The notes: a model not told the origin generated them from the sequence alone. A stretch of DNA of 20,000 bases from Myxococcota bacterium (GCA_023150835.1 JAKLKB010000016.1:50003-70002), one strand, 5' to 3'; positions 7,699 to 16,288 are shown, numbered from the stretch's first letter. Numbers and translations: made by a program.

Positions 7699-9009
7699 AT
7701 GTCGTGTAAAGAAAAAACCTTTTTAGTACGGTACTTACGAGCATTTTTTTTGACTTTCGCACTCGCTCTCTTGTTCGGAGCTCCCGCATGTTCGCCACCT
7801 TGTACGCTGACGCCAAACGGCGACAAAACAACAACGCTTCGCTGCGGTGATCAAACCCACACCATCGCAAACGGAAAAGATGGAACGAACGGCCAAAACG
7901 GTCAAAGCTGTGCGCTGAGCAACAACCCAGACGGAACCGCAACTCTGCGGTGTGACGACGGGAAAGAATACAAGATCAGCAGCGGAAAAGACGGAACAGA
8001 CGGCAAAAGCTGCTCCTTAAAAGATCAACCCGACGGAACCGCACTGCTCACCTGCGGCACAGAATCTTTCACAGTACATCGCGGACAAGAAAAAGATCTT
8101 TTTGGCGTACCACAAAAGATCTTCGAGTCTTTGCCCGAAGGACTCCATCTTTTCTTGTTTAAAGAGGATGGTAGCTTTCAAAAAGTCTTTGACAAAAGCA
8201 AAGACACGCTCGATCTTTCAAAGCCGCACCTTGTTGTCGTTATCCTAGAAAAATCATGGAATCCATACTATACGCTACCCAAAGCAAGCTCGACTCGGAC
8301 TTGTATCCAAGATACTGAATGTCCTGCATCAGGAGTATGCCGTATCAAAAAGATTTGTAAATCAGATAACGATTGCCAACTATTTCGTAGCTTATGCAAG
8401 ATCAATCCCGGTGAGCAAGAAGGCTTTTGCGAAAAAAATTGCCTATTCAACGAAGATTGCGAAGCCAACGGTGCCGTTTGTAGCACAGGTGTTTGCGACA
8501 AAGGTGTCTGCTCAAGCTGTGCAAACAACAATGACTGCCCAACAGGTACATCGTGCCGAAACTCGATCTGCGAAGGCGAGATCAACACCAACCTCATCGC
8601 CTACAATACGAGCAACGTAGCGTGCGCAGGAACCACAGAAAAAGCCAAAAACGAATTTTGTAAAAACAACAGCCTTGAATTATGTGACACAACCTTGAAC
8701 CGTTGCGCCCACACGCGGTTGGCCCGCATTGAACTCGCAGAATTTTCCCACCAATGGGCGTCTTTCTTGGTGCTCCCCCATCGTCGCGTGCTTTGGAGGG
8801 TCTATGACGCATGTGTTCTTTCTCGGTACTTCTACTCACGAAAAGTTCCGAGGGATACCCTTGAACGCCTTTTTTGGAGAGCTTTCGGGGACAACCAAGG
8901 AAACGTCGAGTATGTCGTGAGGATCCCTGTGCTGGAAACGCAAACCAACGTGCGCTACGAACTCAAAGCGAAGATGACGCTCGGAGACTACTCGCAACGG
9001 TGTTTTTGA
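7699..9009 (+). CDS. Cys-rich, collagen-like lipoprotein, paralog R3 (436 aa)
   Basis: Start moved to ATG 7699 (AAGGAG 7 nt upstream). Lipobox APA|C; same architecture as R1/R2, with Cys spacing nearly identical to R1. Confidence 0.9.
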   Translation: MSCKEKTFLVRYLRAFFLTFALALLFGAPACSPPCTLTPNGDKTTTLRCGDQTHTIANGKDGTNGQNGQSCALSNNPDGTATLRCDDGKEYKISSGKDGTDGKSCSLKDQPDGTALLTCGTESFTVHRGQEKDLFGVPQKIFESLPEGLHLFLFKEDGSFQKVFDKSKDTLDLSKPHLVVVILEKSWNPYYTLPKASSTRTCIQDTECPASGVCRIKKICKSDNDCQLFRSLCKINPGEQEGFCEKNCLFNEDCEANGAVCSTGVCDKGVCSSCANNNDCPTGTSCRNSICEGEINTNLIAYNTSNVACAGTTEKAKNEFCKNNSLELCDTTLNRCAHTRLARIELAEFSHQWASFLVLPHRRVLWRVYDACVLSRYFYSRKVPRDTLERLFWRAFGDNQGNVEYVVRIPVLETQTNVRYELKAKMTLGDYSQRCF

Positions 9010-9022
9010 GAGCGTGCAAACG

Positions 9023-10456
9023 CTAAGGCGCGGTCGAGCAGCGCGAGCGTACGCACGTGGTCAATCCTTTGGAATAACAGTCATTTCTTTTGCACTCGGT
9101 ATCGCTGAAACAAGAGGAAGGACAAAGACAAGTATCGTCAGGGATCCCGTCGCAATCTTCGTCGACGCCGTTTCCAGTCTGCCCAGCCCCGCATTGTTCG
9201 GGCTTTGGCGTAATCTCGCCTAAACAATTGCTCCATTTTCCATCGATACACTCGCGATATCCAGAAGAACAAGGCGGATTTTTCGGATGAACGGAAGAGC
9301 ACTCTACCCGAAGGACGCCTCCTGATGGCCGATTGTCCACTCTTCCATCGCAGTCGTCATCGAACCCGTTGCACTCTTCTTCTTTTGGCTTATCGAACTC
9401 GCATACGACCCGACCATCGATACATTTGGGGACTCCTGTCGCGCAAGCACCGAGCTTTTGCGTATCCTTGCAGACTCCCGTTGGATATTCAGGAAAATAC
9501 CACGGAGGCTCGTCGGTTTGACCGTCGTCGTTGTTGTCTTTGCCATCGCACAACTCCAGGCGACAAAAAGCCCCGTTATCGATTTTCCCGTCGCAGTCAT
9601 CATCGATCTTGTTTCCGCAGATCTCTTCTTTCGGAGTGATCGCTCCACGACACGGCTCCCATCGACCATTTTCGCAGTATTGCCCACCCACAGCACAAGG
9701 CCCCTTGCATTCGTAATCTGCGCCGCCTCGCAGCACGCATCCTGCGGTGTCTGCGGGGTAGCAAGGGCGGAACAGCAGACTTAGATACTCTTTCCCATAC
9801 GGATCTTTTTTCTTGACTCGGTCGATCAATCCGTCACAATCGTCGTCTTCGTTGTTGCACTCTTCGGGCTTTGGAAGGATCTGCTCACGGCAGGCCGTCC
9901 ACTTTCCATCCTGACAGTTGCGGATGCCGCCTTTGCATCGCGCCCCGTCACGCAGCGTTCCTTCGGGTCCGTCGTAGCAACTTTGCGGCGTATCGGGGTC
10001 GAGTCCTTCGTCGATCTGGCCGTCGCAATTGTCGTCGTGACCGTTGCAATCTTCCTCCACAGCTTTGCAGACATATCTCCCGCCTTCGCAACGTTGAACA
10101 CCACAGGACTTGTCGTACTTAGGCGTGGAAGAGCAAAGGATCTCGCCTTCTTTTTTTTGGGGGATCAGCCCTTCATCGATCTGGCCGTTGCAGTTGTTGT
10201 CCAGACCGTCGCAGATCTCCTCACCGATCGGTACTTTTGTAGACTGGCAGATCCCAAGCGTGCTTGGATCGCTGTCGCGCTTACAGCAAAACAAGCCAGA
10301 GCCAAAAGCCCCCAAACACTCTTCGCTGTGTTGGCACTTTCGCCCTTGCAAGCGCAACTCCTCCACCGCTGGGGATATCGTGCAACTCCACAGCAAAAAA
10401 ACAAACCAGCCACAAGCCATCTTGAAGTACAGGCTGCGTCGCCTCTTTGCTTTCAC
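9023..10456 (-). CDS. Lipoprotein with seven putative metal-binding repeats (MopE-related / Cu-binding_MopE type)
   Basis: Repeats such as EICDGLDNNCNGQIDEG, EDCNGHDDNCDGQIDEG and EECNGFDDDCDGRVDN; lipobox LWS|C. Start uncertain: GTG 10456 after AAGGA is preferred, the ORF extends to 10510, and there is an ATG at 10420. Confidence 0.85.
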   Translation of the reverse strand: MKAKRRRSLYFKMACGWFVFLLWSCTISPAVEELRLQGRKCQHSEECLGAFGSGLFCCKRDSDPSTLGICQSTKVPIGEEICDGLDNNCNGQIDEGLIPQKKEGEILCSSTPKYDKSCGVQRCEGGRYVCKAVEEDCNGHDDNCDGQIDEGLDPDTPQSCYDGPEGTLRDGARCKGGIRNCQDGKWTACREQILPKPEECNNEDDDCDGLIDRVKKKDPYGKEYLSLLFRPCYPADTAGCVLRGGADYECKGPCAVGGQYCENGRWEPCRGAITPKEEICGNKIDDDCDGKIDNGAFCRLELCDGKDNNDDGQTDEPPWYFPEYPTGVCKDTQKLGACATGVPKCIDGRVVCEFDKPKEEECNGFDDDCDGRVDNRPSGGVLRVECSSVHPKNPPCSSGYRECIDGKWSNCLGEITPKPEQCGAGQTGNGVDEDCDGIPDDTCLCPSSCFSDTECKRNDCYSKGLTTCVRSRCSTAP

Positions 10457-10628
10457 CCAAGCACCATCCTTCCCACGCTCCGAGAGATCCCATACAGACC
10501 ACTCTCCCAAAGACTCACGACACGATCCGTTTCACACAGGCCCCTATCTTAGCCTGCTTTGTTTGGAAAACAACCTCTTTCTTCTGCAACAAAACGATGA
10601 CAACCTTTTTCACCCACAAGCCCAAGGA

Positions 10629-10821
10629 GCGCAGATCACTTTCTTGCCCACAAACAAGCACACGCGGCGCAGATCACTTTCTTGCCCACAAACAAGCACA
10701 CGCGGCGCAGATCACCTTTTTCATGCACAAGCAAGCACACGCGGCGCAGATCACCTTTTTCATGCACAAACAGGCAAAAGTCGCGCAGATCACTCTTTTT
10801 GTGTACGAGCAAGCACGGATC
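10629..10821. repeat. Intergenic tandem array of five 38/39-bp units
   Basis: Units begin GCGCAGATCAC at 10629, 10667, 10705, 10744 and 10783. Units 1 and 2 are identical, later ones diverge; no unique spacers. Confidence 0.9.
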
Positions 10822-10933
10822 GCGTTCTCGTTCATGCACAACGCGAGCACGATCCTTTTTTTTTTTCGTGAGAAACATCACACGATCAAAAATAAACATA
10901 GATTTATCAAGTGGATATAGTTTTATTTTTTCG

Positions 10934-10949
10934 AGGCACAAAGATTGCC
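10934..10949 (+). promoter_or_regulatory. Putative sigma54 (-24/-12) promoter for 11030..11311
   Basis: AGGCAC-AAAGA-TTGCC with exact GG-N10-GC spacing, preceded by an AT-rich tract and about 80 bp before the ATG. Confidence 0.6.
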
Positions 10950-11029
10950 CTAGTGCGAAAGCGTCGGCAGCAAAAAAGATTGCAAAAAGAAAAAGCTGAC
11001 AAAAAAGCAAACCAACAAAGGAGACGATC

Positions 11030-11311
11030 ATGAAAGCACAATCCACGGCCATCCTGACAAGCGCAACCACTTTGATTGTCGGCGCTGCTTTTGCAGCCTG
11101 TGTTGCCCTCAGCGTCTCCAAGCCCCAAGCAACACAACGCATCAAAAGCGCCCCCGCTACGGCACAAACCGTCACCTTCACAGAACAAGAAGTTCCTCAT
11201 GTGATGGGTTATCCTCAACGTCGGATCCAAACCGTTTCTTTCGAAGAAAAAGAAGTTCCGATGGTCTTGATCGAGCGCCCATCGAAGCCTGCGACCCTCG
11301 CACGAAAATAA
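11030..11311 (+). CDS. Small exported or membrane-anchored hypothetical protein with an internal duplication
   Basis: 93 aa, strong AAGGAG RBS, hydrophobic N-terminus (possible lipobox FAA|C); QTVTFTEQEVPHV and QTVSFEEKEVPMV are 21 aa apart. Confidence 0.8.
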   Translation: MKAQSTAILTSATTLIVGAAFAACVALSVSKPQATQRIKSAPATAQTVTFTEQEVPHVMGYPQRRIQTVSFEEKEVPMVLIERPSKPATLARK

Positions 11312-11399
11312 AACATCTTTTTTCTCTCAACAAAAATTCCCACTAAAAAAGGTTCTGAAAAACGCCTTAAAAAAGGCAACACACGAAAGGAAAAAAGCC

Positions 11400-12116
11400 A
11401 TGAAAAAGCAACATGCACTGATGACCGTGACGATGGGATTGAGCTGCTGGTTTCTTGCTGCTTGCGGGGTGGGTCCCGCCCCCGATGCGCCCCAGACCTC
11501 TGCCGCCCAATACGTCCAAGGTCTCGGCCTCGTACTCAAAAAAGATGCCCCCTTCGCGAAACTCCGCGACCAACTGACGCTCACTGCCCAACTCATGCTG
11601 ACGCCGATGCAACGAGGCCCCTTTCAAATGAACCCTCAAAATGGCCTCGCTCCCGAGCAAACCGTGCCTGAATCCTTGGAGGTTCCGCTCCGCTTGAACC
11701 AAGAATACACCGCACCGATGCGAAACGATATCCAGATCCCCGGAACCGCAGCCTTGCGACGCTGCGAGCCCAAACGCGAAGGTATCGTGACTTCCCGCGA
11801 TCCACAAGACTGGAGCTGCGGAGAGCCGATGGAGAAAAATCCCGCTGATCCCGCATCACTCCAGATCTTTTGGGAACTCCAAGACAACCATGCCAAAAAG
11901 CTGGCCCGATTGTTCCTCTTCGCAAACCAACGCAACATCGAGCTCCTCGGCATCGGCGAAAATCCAAGCATCGCAGACCACGCTTCCAACGAAGAATTCA
12001 CGGTGCTCTATCTCAAACCCTCTGAAGCTGGAACTTACACCCAAACCTTCTTCCTCAAGCATGAACAAACACTTTTCCGCCTCGATATCCACTACAATAT
12101 CTATAACCTCCGATAA
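11400..12116 (+). CDS. Hypothetical lipoprotein
   Basis: 238 aa, AAGGA RBS, MKK N-terminus, canonical lipobox LAA|C; no family recognised. Confidence 0.85.
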   Translation: MKKQHALMTVTMGLSCWFLAACGVGPAPDAPQTSAAQYVQGLGLVLKKDAPFAKLRDQLTLTAQLMLTPMQRGPFQMNPQNGLAPEQTVPESLEVPLRLNQEYTAPMRNDIQIPGTAALRRCEPKREGIVTSRDPQDWSCGEPMEKNPADPASLQIFWELQDNHAKKLARLFLFANQRNIELLGIGENPSIADHASNEEFTVLYLKPSEAGTYTQTFFLKHEQTLFRLDIHYNIYNLR

Positions 12117-12150
12117 TCCCCTTCGTTTTCCTCCCCCGATCTTCCCCTGC

Positions 12151-13593
12151 TCAACTTTTTTTGTTTAAACCATACTTGCGCATTCGATTATAAGCCCACC
12201 CTTTTGTAATCCCGAGAGCTTCCGCAGCGTGCGGGACATCCCACCGATACAGTTCCAAAGCATCCAACAACAAGCGCTGTTCGACTTCTTCGAGAGTTTC
12301 TTTGAGGGGGCGGACTTGCCCGTTTAGTAGCGGCGAGAGCGAAACCACTCGGTTGCCATCCGAAGCTTGCAAAAAAGAATGTCCCTCTTTCAATGAAGGG
12401 GCATGACTCTCAGCGCGGCTGTCTTCTTCGATCGGAAACAGATTAAAATCTTCGGGTTCGAGGACGGGGCCGTCCGCCATCGCAGCGGTCCCTTCAAGAG
12501 CGTTTTTCAGCTGGCGGACGTTTCCGGGCCAGATGTAGGACGAAAACATCTCCAACGTCGCCTGAGAAAGCAACAACGGTCGCCCGTCTGAAAAGAGCGG
12601 TAACCATTGCTCACACAACAAAGGGATATCTTCTCGACGCTCACGCAGCGGAGGAACGTCAAGGTGGACTACCGAGATGCGATAAAACAGATCGGATCGA
12701 AAGTGATTCTTTTTGACCTCCTCTCGCAGATCGCGGTTGGTAGCGGCGATCAGACGAAAATCAACAGCGCATTGTGACCCTCCGATGGGTCGAATCTTTT
12801 TTTCGGACAAAACAGAAAGCAATTTTTTTTGTGCATCTGGACTCAGTTCTCCAAGTTCGTCAAGAAAAAGAGTGCCTCCATCTGCTTGTTCAAAGAAGCC
12901 CTTGTGGGCTTTGTTTGCACCCGTAAAAGCATCTTTTACATAACCGAACATCTCGGATTCAAAGAGGTTCTCCGGGATCGCGCCGCAGTTCACTTCGACA
13001 AAAGGCCCCTCGGCTCGCTTGCTTTGAAGGTGGAGAGCCTTTGCGACGCTGGTCTTTCCAACGCCCGTTTCGCCTGTCAACAAGACGGCCACTTCACGAT
13101 CGCCCAAGCGCTCAATCAAAGAAAAGATCTTTCGCATCGCAGGGCTTTGACCGAGAAGAGAGCCACTTTTGTCTTGGAAATGGATCTGGATATCGCGCTT
13201 GCGTTGTTGGGAGCGCAACTCCAACACAGTATCCCCGATCTTTAATCGAACCCCGGGAACAAGATAGCCTTCTAATATCTGGACTTCGTTGACAAAGATG
13301 CCGTTGCGGCTTTGCAGATCGCGGATATGCAAACCTTTTTCTGTAATGCGTAGCTGACAATGCGTCGAGCTGACCATCTTATCTTCTTTCAAACAGAGTT
13401 CGCACCAATCTCCTCGCCCGGCGTGGATGATCTCATGCTCCAATTGGAGGATCTCTCCTTTATTCGGGCCGTGGACAACGGCCAAAGACAGCGCATCGAC
13501 CGAGAGTTTGGAAAAACGTGATCGATGCGCTCCTTCGTCGATCATCGTCGTGTTCGCGTCCTTGGTTCGGCGGATCTGCATTTTTTCGTCCAT
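12151..13593 (-). CDS. FHA-domain sigma54-dependent transcriptional activator (bEBP, Fis-type HTH)
   Basis: FHA motifs (GR, SSTH, DLQSRNG), Walker A GETGVGKT, ESEMFG..DAFTGA loop, Walker B TLFLDE, RxDLFYR, WPGNVRQL and C-terminal AAEALGI helix-turn-helix. Confidence 0.95.
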   Translation of the reverse strand: MDEKMQIRRTKDANTTMIDEGAHRSRFSKLSVDALSLAVVHGPNKGEILQLEHEIIHAGRGDWCELCLKEDKMVSSTHCQLRITEKGLHIRDLQSRNGIFVNEVQILEGYLVPGVRLKIGDTVLELRSQQRKRDIQIHFQDKSGSLLGQSPAMRKIFSLIERLGDREVAVLLTGETGVGKTSVAKALHLQSKRAEGPFVEVNCGAIPENLFESEMFGYVKDAFTGANKAHKGFFEQADGGTLFLDELGELSPDAQKKLLSVLSEKKIRPIGGSQCAVDFRLIAATNRDLREEVKKNHFRSDLFYRISVVHLDVPPLRERREDIPLLCEQWLPLFSDGRPLLLSQATLEMFSSYIWPGNVRQLKNALEGTAAMADGPVLEPEDFNLFPIEEDSRAESHAPSLKEGHSFLQASDGNRVVSLSPLLNGQVRPLKETLEEVEQRLLLDALELYRWDVPHAAEALGITKGWAYNRMRKYGLNKKS

Positions 13594-13760
13594 ACGTACT
13601 TCCCTCTTTGCCCTCTATGACACGAAACTTCCTAAAGCAAGATGCCCTTTGCACAGCATCGGACGTTGCGATACAGCGATCGACAACCAACACACCGTGT
13701 ATACAACAAGCGATTCGCCTTCTCAAGGCACCATTCGGACTTATGCGGTTGAACGATTTT

Positions 13761-13788
13761 GTGGGGCGGGGTACCACACCCCGCCTCC
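13761..13788. repeat. GC-rich REP-like hairpin
   Basis: GGCGGGGT-ACCAC-ACCCCGCC stem-loop starting within GTGGGGC, resembling the GTAGGGGC REPs elsewhere in the window. Confidence 0.4.
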
Positions 13789-13927
13789 TTACCTTGGCTG
13801 TGCCCTGAACCATCGAGCAAACGACGATCGAACAAGGCTCGCAAAAAACAACGAGACGAATAGAGATTTGCTCGATCGGAACCATTTGCAGATGCGGTGT
13901 CTGATACAAGAACCTGTGAACTCTTGA

Positions 13928-14043
13928 TAGGACTTACGCAGTTGAAAAGGGAAACCCTGAGATATCAGAACGTTGTAGGGGCGATTCGCGAACCGCCCAC
14001 GCCCGAACATGGGCCTTTTTCGTATCGAACTGCGTAAGTCCTA
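13928..14043. mobile_element. 116-bp MITE, copy 2
   Basis: Perfect 16-bp terminal inverted repeats TAGGACTTACGCAGTT...AACTGCGTAAGTCCTA, flanked by a 6-bp direct repeat TCTTGA (13922-13927 and 14044-14049). Confidence 0.92.
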
Positions 14044-14136
14044 TCTTGAAAAAGAACGTGCGATCGGCTACAAGAAGCCAAGGCCAAAAGGCTACGCACC
14101 GAAGACAGACAGCGCACAAGCCCTAGAGGATACGCT

Positions 14137-16017
14137 ATGTTGGAAGCCACGCTCGATCGCCGCTTGTGGGTTTGCTTACAATGCGGACACACCGAAGCAC
14201 AAAGCCACACGCTCTGCCCTCGATGCGGCGCGGGCGAAGATCCCTTGGTGGGAAAAGTCCTTGGGGGACGATACCGCTTGCTTCAAAAGATGGCGGAAGG
14301 TGGGATGGGTGCCGTGTACCGAGCCGAACACACGACGCTCAAAAGCAAAAAAGAGCGAGCTGTCAAGATCATCCATGCAAGGTTTCTCAGCGATGCGATG
14401 ATGCGCAAACGGTTTATCCAAGAAGTCGAAAGCACCCATCGAGTAGGGCAAGAAACACAGCACGTCGTCCATATTCACGATAACTACGGCTTTGAGGATG
14501 GGTTAGGTTGGTACGTGATGGAGCTTTTACAGGGAGAGAGTCTGGCCGCTCGCCTCAGTACTTTTCCCCAAGGTGTTCCGCTGCGATGGTTTCAAACCAT
14601 TGCACAACAGATCTGCGAGGGTTTAGAAGCCATCCATCAAGAACATCTCGTCCACCGTGATCTCAAGCCTGCAAACCTTTTTTTGATCGACAAAAAAGGC
14701 CAAGACTTCGTAAAGATCGTAGACTTCGGGATCGCCAAACCTTTGGATCTTGATGTTGCGCTCACGTCCACACAAGCCTTGATCGGAACCCCCGCGTATA
14801 TGTCGCCCGAACAGATCGAACCCTCCCAAAGCCATCCGCTCGATCATCGCAGCGATATCTACTCTTTGGGCTGTGTCTTCTATGAGATGCTGACAGGGCG
14901 GCCACCTTTTCTCTTAAAACATGGCCCCGCCTCACCGATGGCACTTCACGAGATATTGACAAACCACGTGATGTGCAAGCCCGATCCTCCGACCCGCTTT
15001 CGCCCGCAGCTACCTCTTGCATTAGCCAAGCTTATCGAGCGGATGCTTGCCAAATCTCCCGAAGAACGGCCTCAAAGTGTATTTGAAGTGCATCAAATAC
15101 TTCGAAAGATCCCCATACCAGAGGGGGATGAGCTGCCAAAAAGCTTAACCGATCCATCGCAAAAAAAAGAGGCGACTTGTTCTCCGCCCCATCGAGATCA
15201 TGCTGTTCGATCCCAAAAACAGGACTTTTTTCCACACGAAGAACTTCCGCACACCCCTCGCCCTGCACCGCTGCGATGGGGACAAGACGAAAAACACAGA
15301 GAGCCAAAGCATCTCCCAAATATCGAGCCTTTTCCTTCCCCCAACACAGCACAAACCAAGCAACACGCCCGATATCTTTGGATCGTACCCGTTCTTTTGT
15401 TCCTCATGGCATCGGCCTATTTCGCTTGGCCTCTGTTTCGAGGCAGCGCAACCGTCGCAAACCCCCAAACGACCGCAGGATCATCGCTCAACGACCCACA
15501 GCAAAGAGCCACCCACGTCCCATCTCTTGCAAAAGCGCACAGGTCAGGGCATCCCCCCGTCATTCCGCCGAATCCACCATCCTCGCCACTCTCTCCTCCC
15601 CGTTCCAGCGTGCCCTCCCAAACAAGAGAGCCAAAAGCCTCAAAGCAAGTCAACTCGCCCACGTCGCCAGTCCCCTCGGACTTCGTCCCTCGACAGAGCA
15701 CAAGAATCTCATCCACCCACCGCCCCCCACGTTCTCGCCCAAGGCAGCGCTGGCATCGCATCCGCCTAACACTTCCTCCAGCACACAAACTCCGCTTGCT
15801 TTCTTCAACTCAAAACGCCCGCCTCTACAAAAAATACTTGCTCATGCACGAAGGAAAACGCCTCCAAATGGAATTGCAGCACACAAGCAACGAGGCTTTT
15901 CGCTTCTTTCGGTGCGTCTTTACGATCTCAAGTCAACAAAAACATCTCACACTCCAACCACTCGTATCCACCGATGATTTTCGCCCAAACTCCGAAGACT
16001 ACTGCACCAAACCATAA
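14137..16017 (+). CDS. Hanks-type Ser/Thr protein kinase with N-terminal Zn ribbon, one TM helix and a C-terminal extracytoplasmic domain
   Basis: CLQC..CPRC; GGMGAVY, AVK, HRDLKPAN, DFG, GTPAYMSPE, DIYSLG; TM WIVPVLLFLMASAYFAW; Pro/Ser-rich linker; GAGGA RBS. Confidence 0.95.
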   Translation: MLEATLDRRLWVCLQCGHTEAQSHTLCPRCGAGEDPLVGKVLGGRYRLLQKMAEGGMGAVYRAEHTTLKSKKERAVKIIHARFLSDAMMRKRFIQEVESTHRVGQETQHVVHIHDNYGFEDGLGWYVMELLQGESLAARLSTFPQGVPLRWFQTIAQQICEGLEAIHQEHLVHRDLKPANLFLIDKKGQDFVKIVDFGIAKPLDLDVALTSTQALIGTPAYMSPEQIEPSQSHPLDHRSDIYSLGCVFYEMLTGRPPFLLKHGPASPMALHEILTNHVMCKPDPPTRFRPQLPLALAKLIERMLAKSPEERPQSVFEVHQILRKIPIPEGDELPKSLTDPSQKKEATCSPPHRDHAVRSQKQDFFPHEELPHTPRPAPLRWGQDEKHREPKHLPNIEPFPSPNTAQTKQHARYLWIVPVLLFLMASAYFAWPLFRGSATVANPQTTAGSSLNDPQQRATHVPSLAKAHRSGHPPVIPPNPPSSPLSPPRSSVPSQTREPKASKQVNSPTSPVPSDFVPRQSTRISSTHRPPRSRPRQRWHRIRLTLPPAHKLRLLSSTQNARLYKKYLLMHEGKRLQMELQHTSNEAFRFFRCVFTISSQQKHLTLQPLVSTDDFRPNSEDYCTKP

Positions 16018-16054
16018 CCCACTGTACGCCATCCCCTCTTCCGCTCGTTTCCCC

Positions 16055-16100
16055 ATGCACGATCGAGTACCGCTCTTGAAAAGAGTACACGATCGTGTAC
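16055..16100. promoter_or_regulatory. Pair of 16-bp palindromic motifs upstream of kinase 2
   Basis: ATGCACGATCGAGTAC (16055-16070) and the perfect palindrome GTACACGATCGTGTAC (16085-16100; 18 bp with the flanking A/T). Confidence 0.5.
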
Positions 16101-16288
16101 TGTTCGCTCCTTGACGGCTCACAAGTTAGCTCCCCCCATTCGGGTATTTTCGTTTTGGCTCAAAGAGATATCGCTCAAAGAGGTCGCTCAAGAACCTTTT
16201 TTGCTAAAGCACCACGAACCTCTACGAAGAGTCCAAAACAAGGCTGTTGCGATCCGCTCGACAACAAAACACACAGGTGAAAACACCC

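Noticed and set aside
1-9009. Diversity-generating retroelement or invertible shufflon behind the paralog diversity
   Set aside because: No reverse transcriptase or recombinase, no adenine-specific template/variable repeat pair, and the paralogs are deeply diverged at DNA level.
1-10456. Multiheme cytochromes (similar collagen/hairpin N-termini occur on some)
   Set aside because: No CxxCH motifs in any of these Cys-rich proteins.
10629-10821. CRISPR array
   Set aside because: The units are contiguous tandem copies without unique spacers, and there are no cas genes in the window.
10110-11230. ORFs 10110..10871, 10447..10920, 10636..11181 and 10907..11230
   Set aside because: Products of the tandem repeat or antisense shadows of real genes; the 38-bp units are not frame-preserving.
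13427-13927. ORFs 13427..13927 (+) and 13460..13909 (-)
   Set aside because: They overlap the bEBP start and show no recognisable motifs; the region is better explained as a divergent promoter region.
16115-16130. sigma54 promoter for kinase 2 (CGGCTCACAAGTTAGC)
   Set aside because: Spacing is GG-N11-GC, one base too long for the strict -24/-12 geometry.
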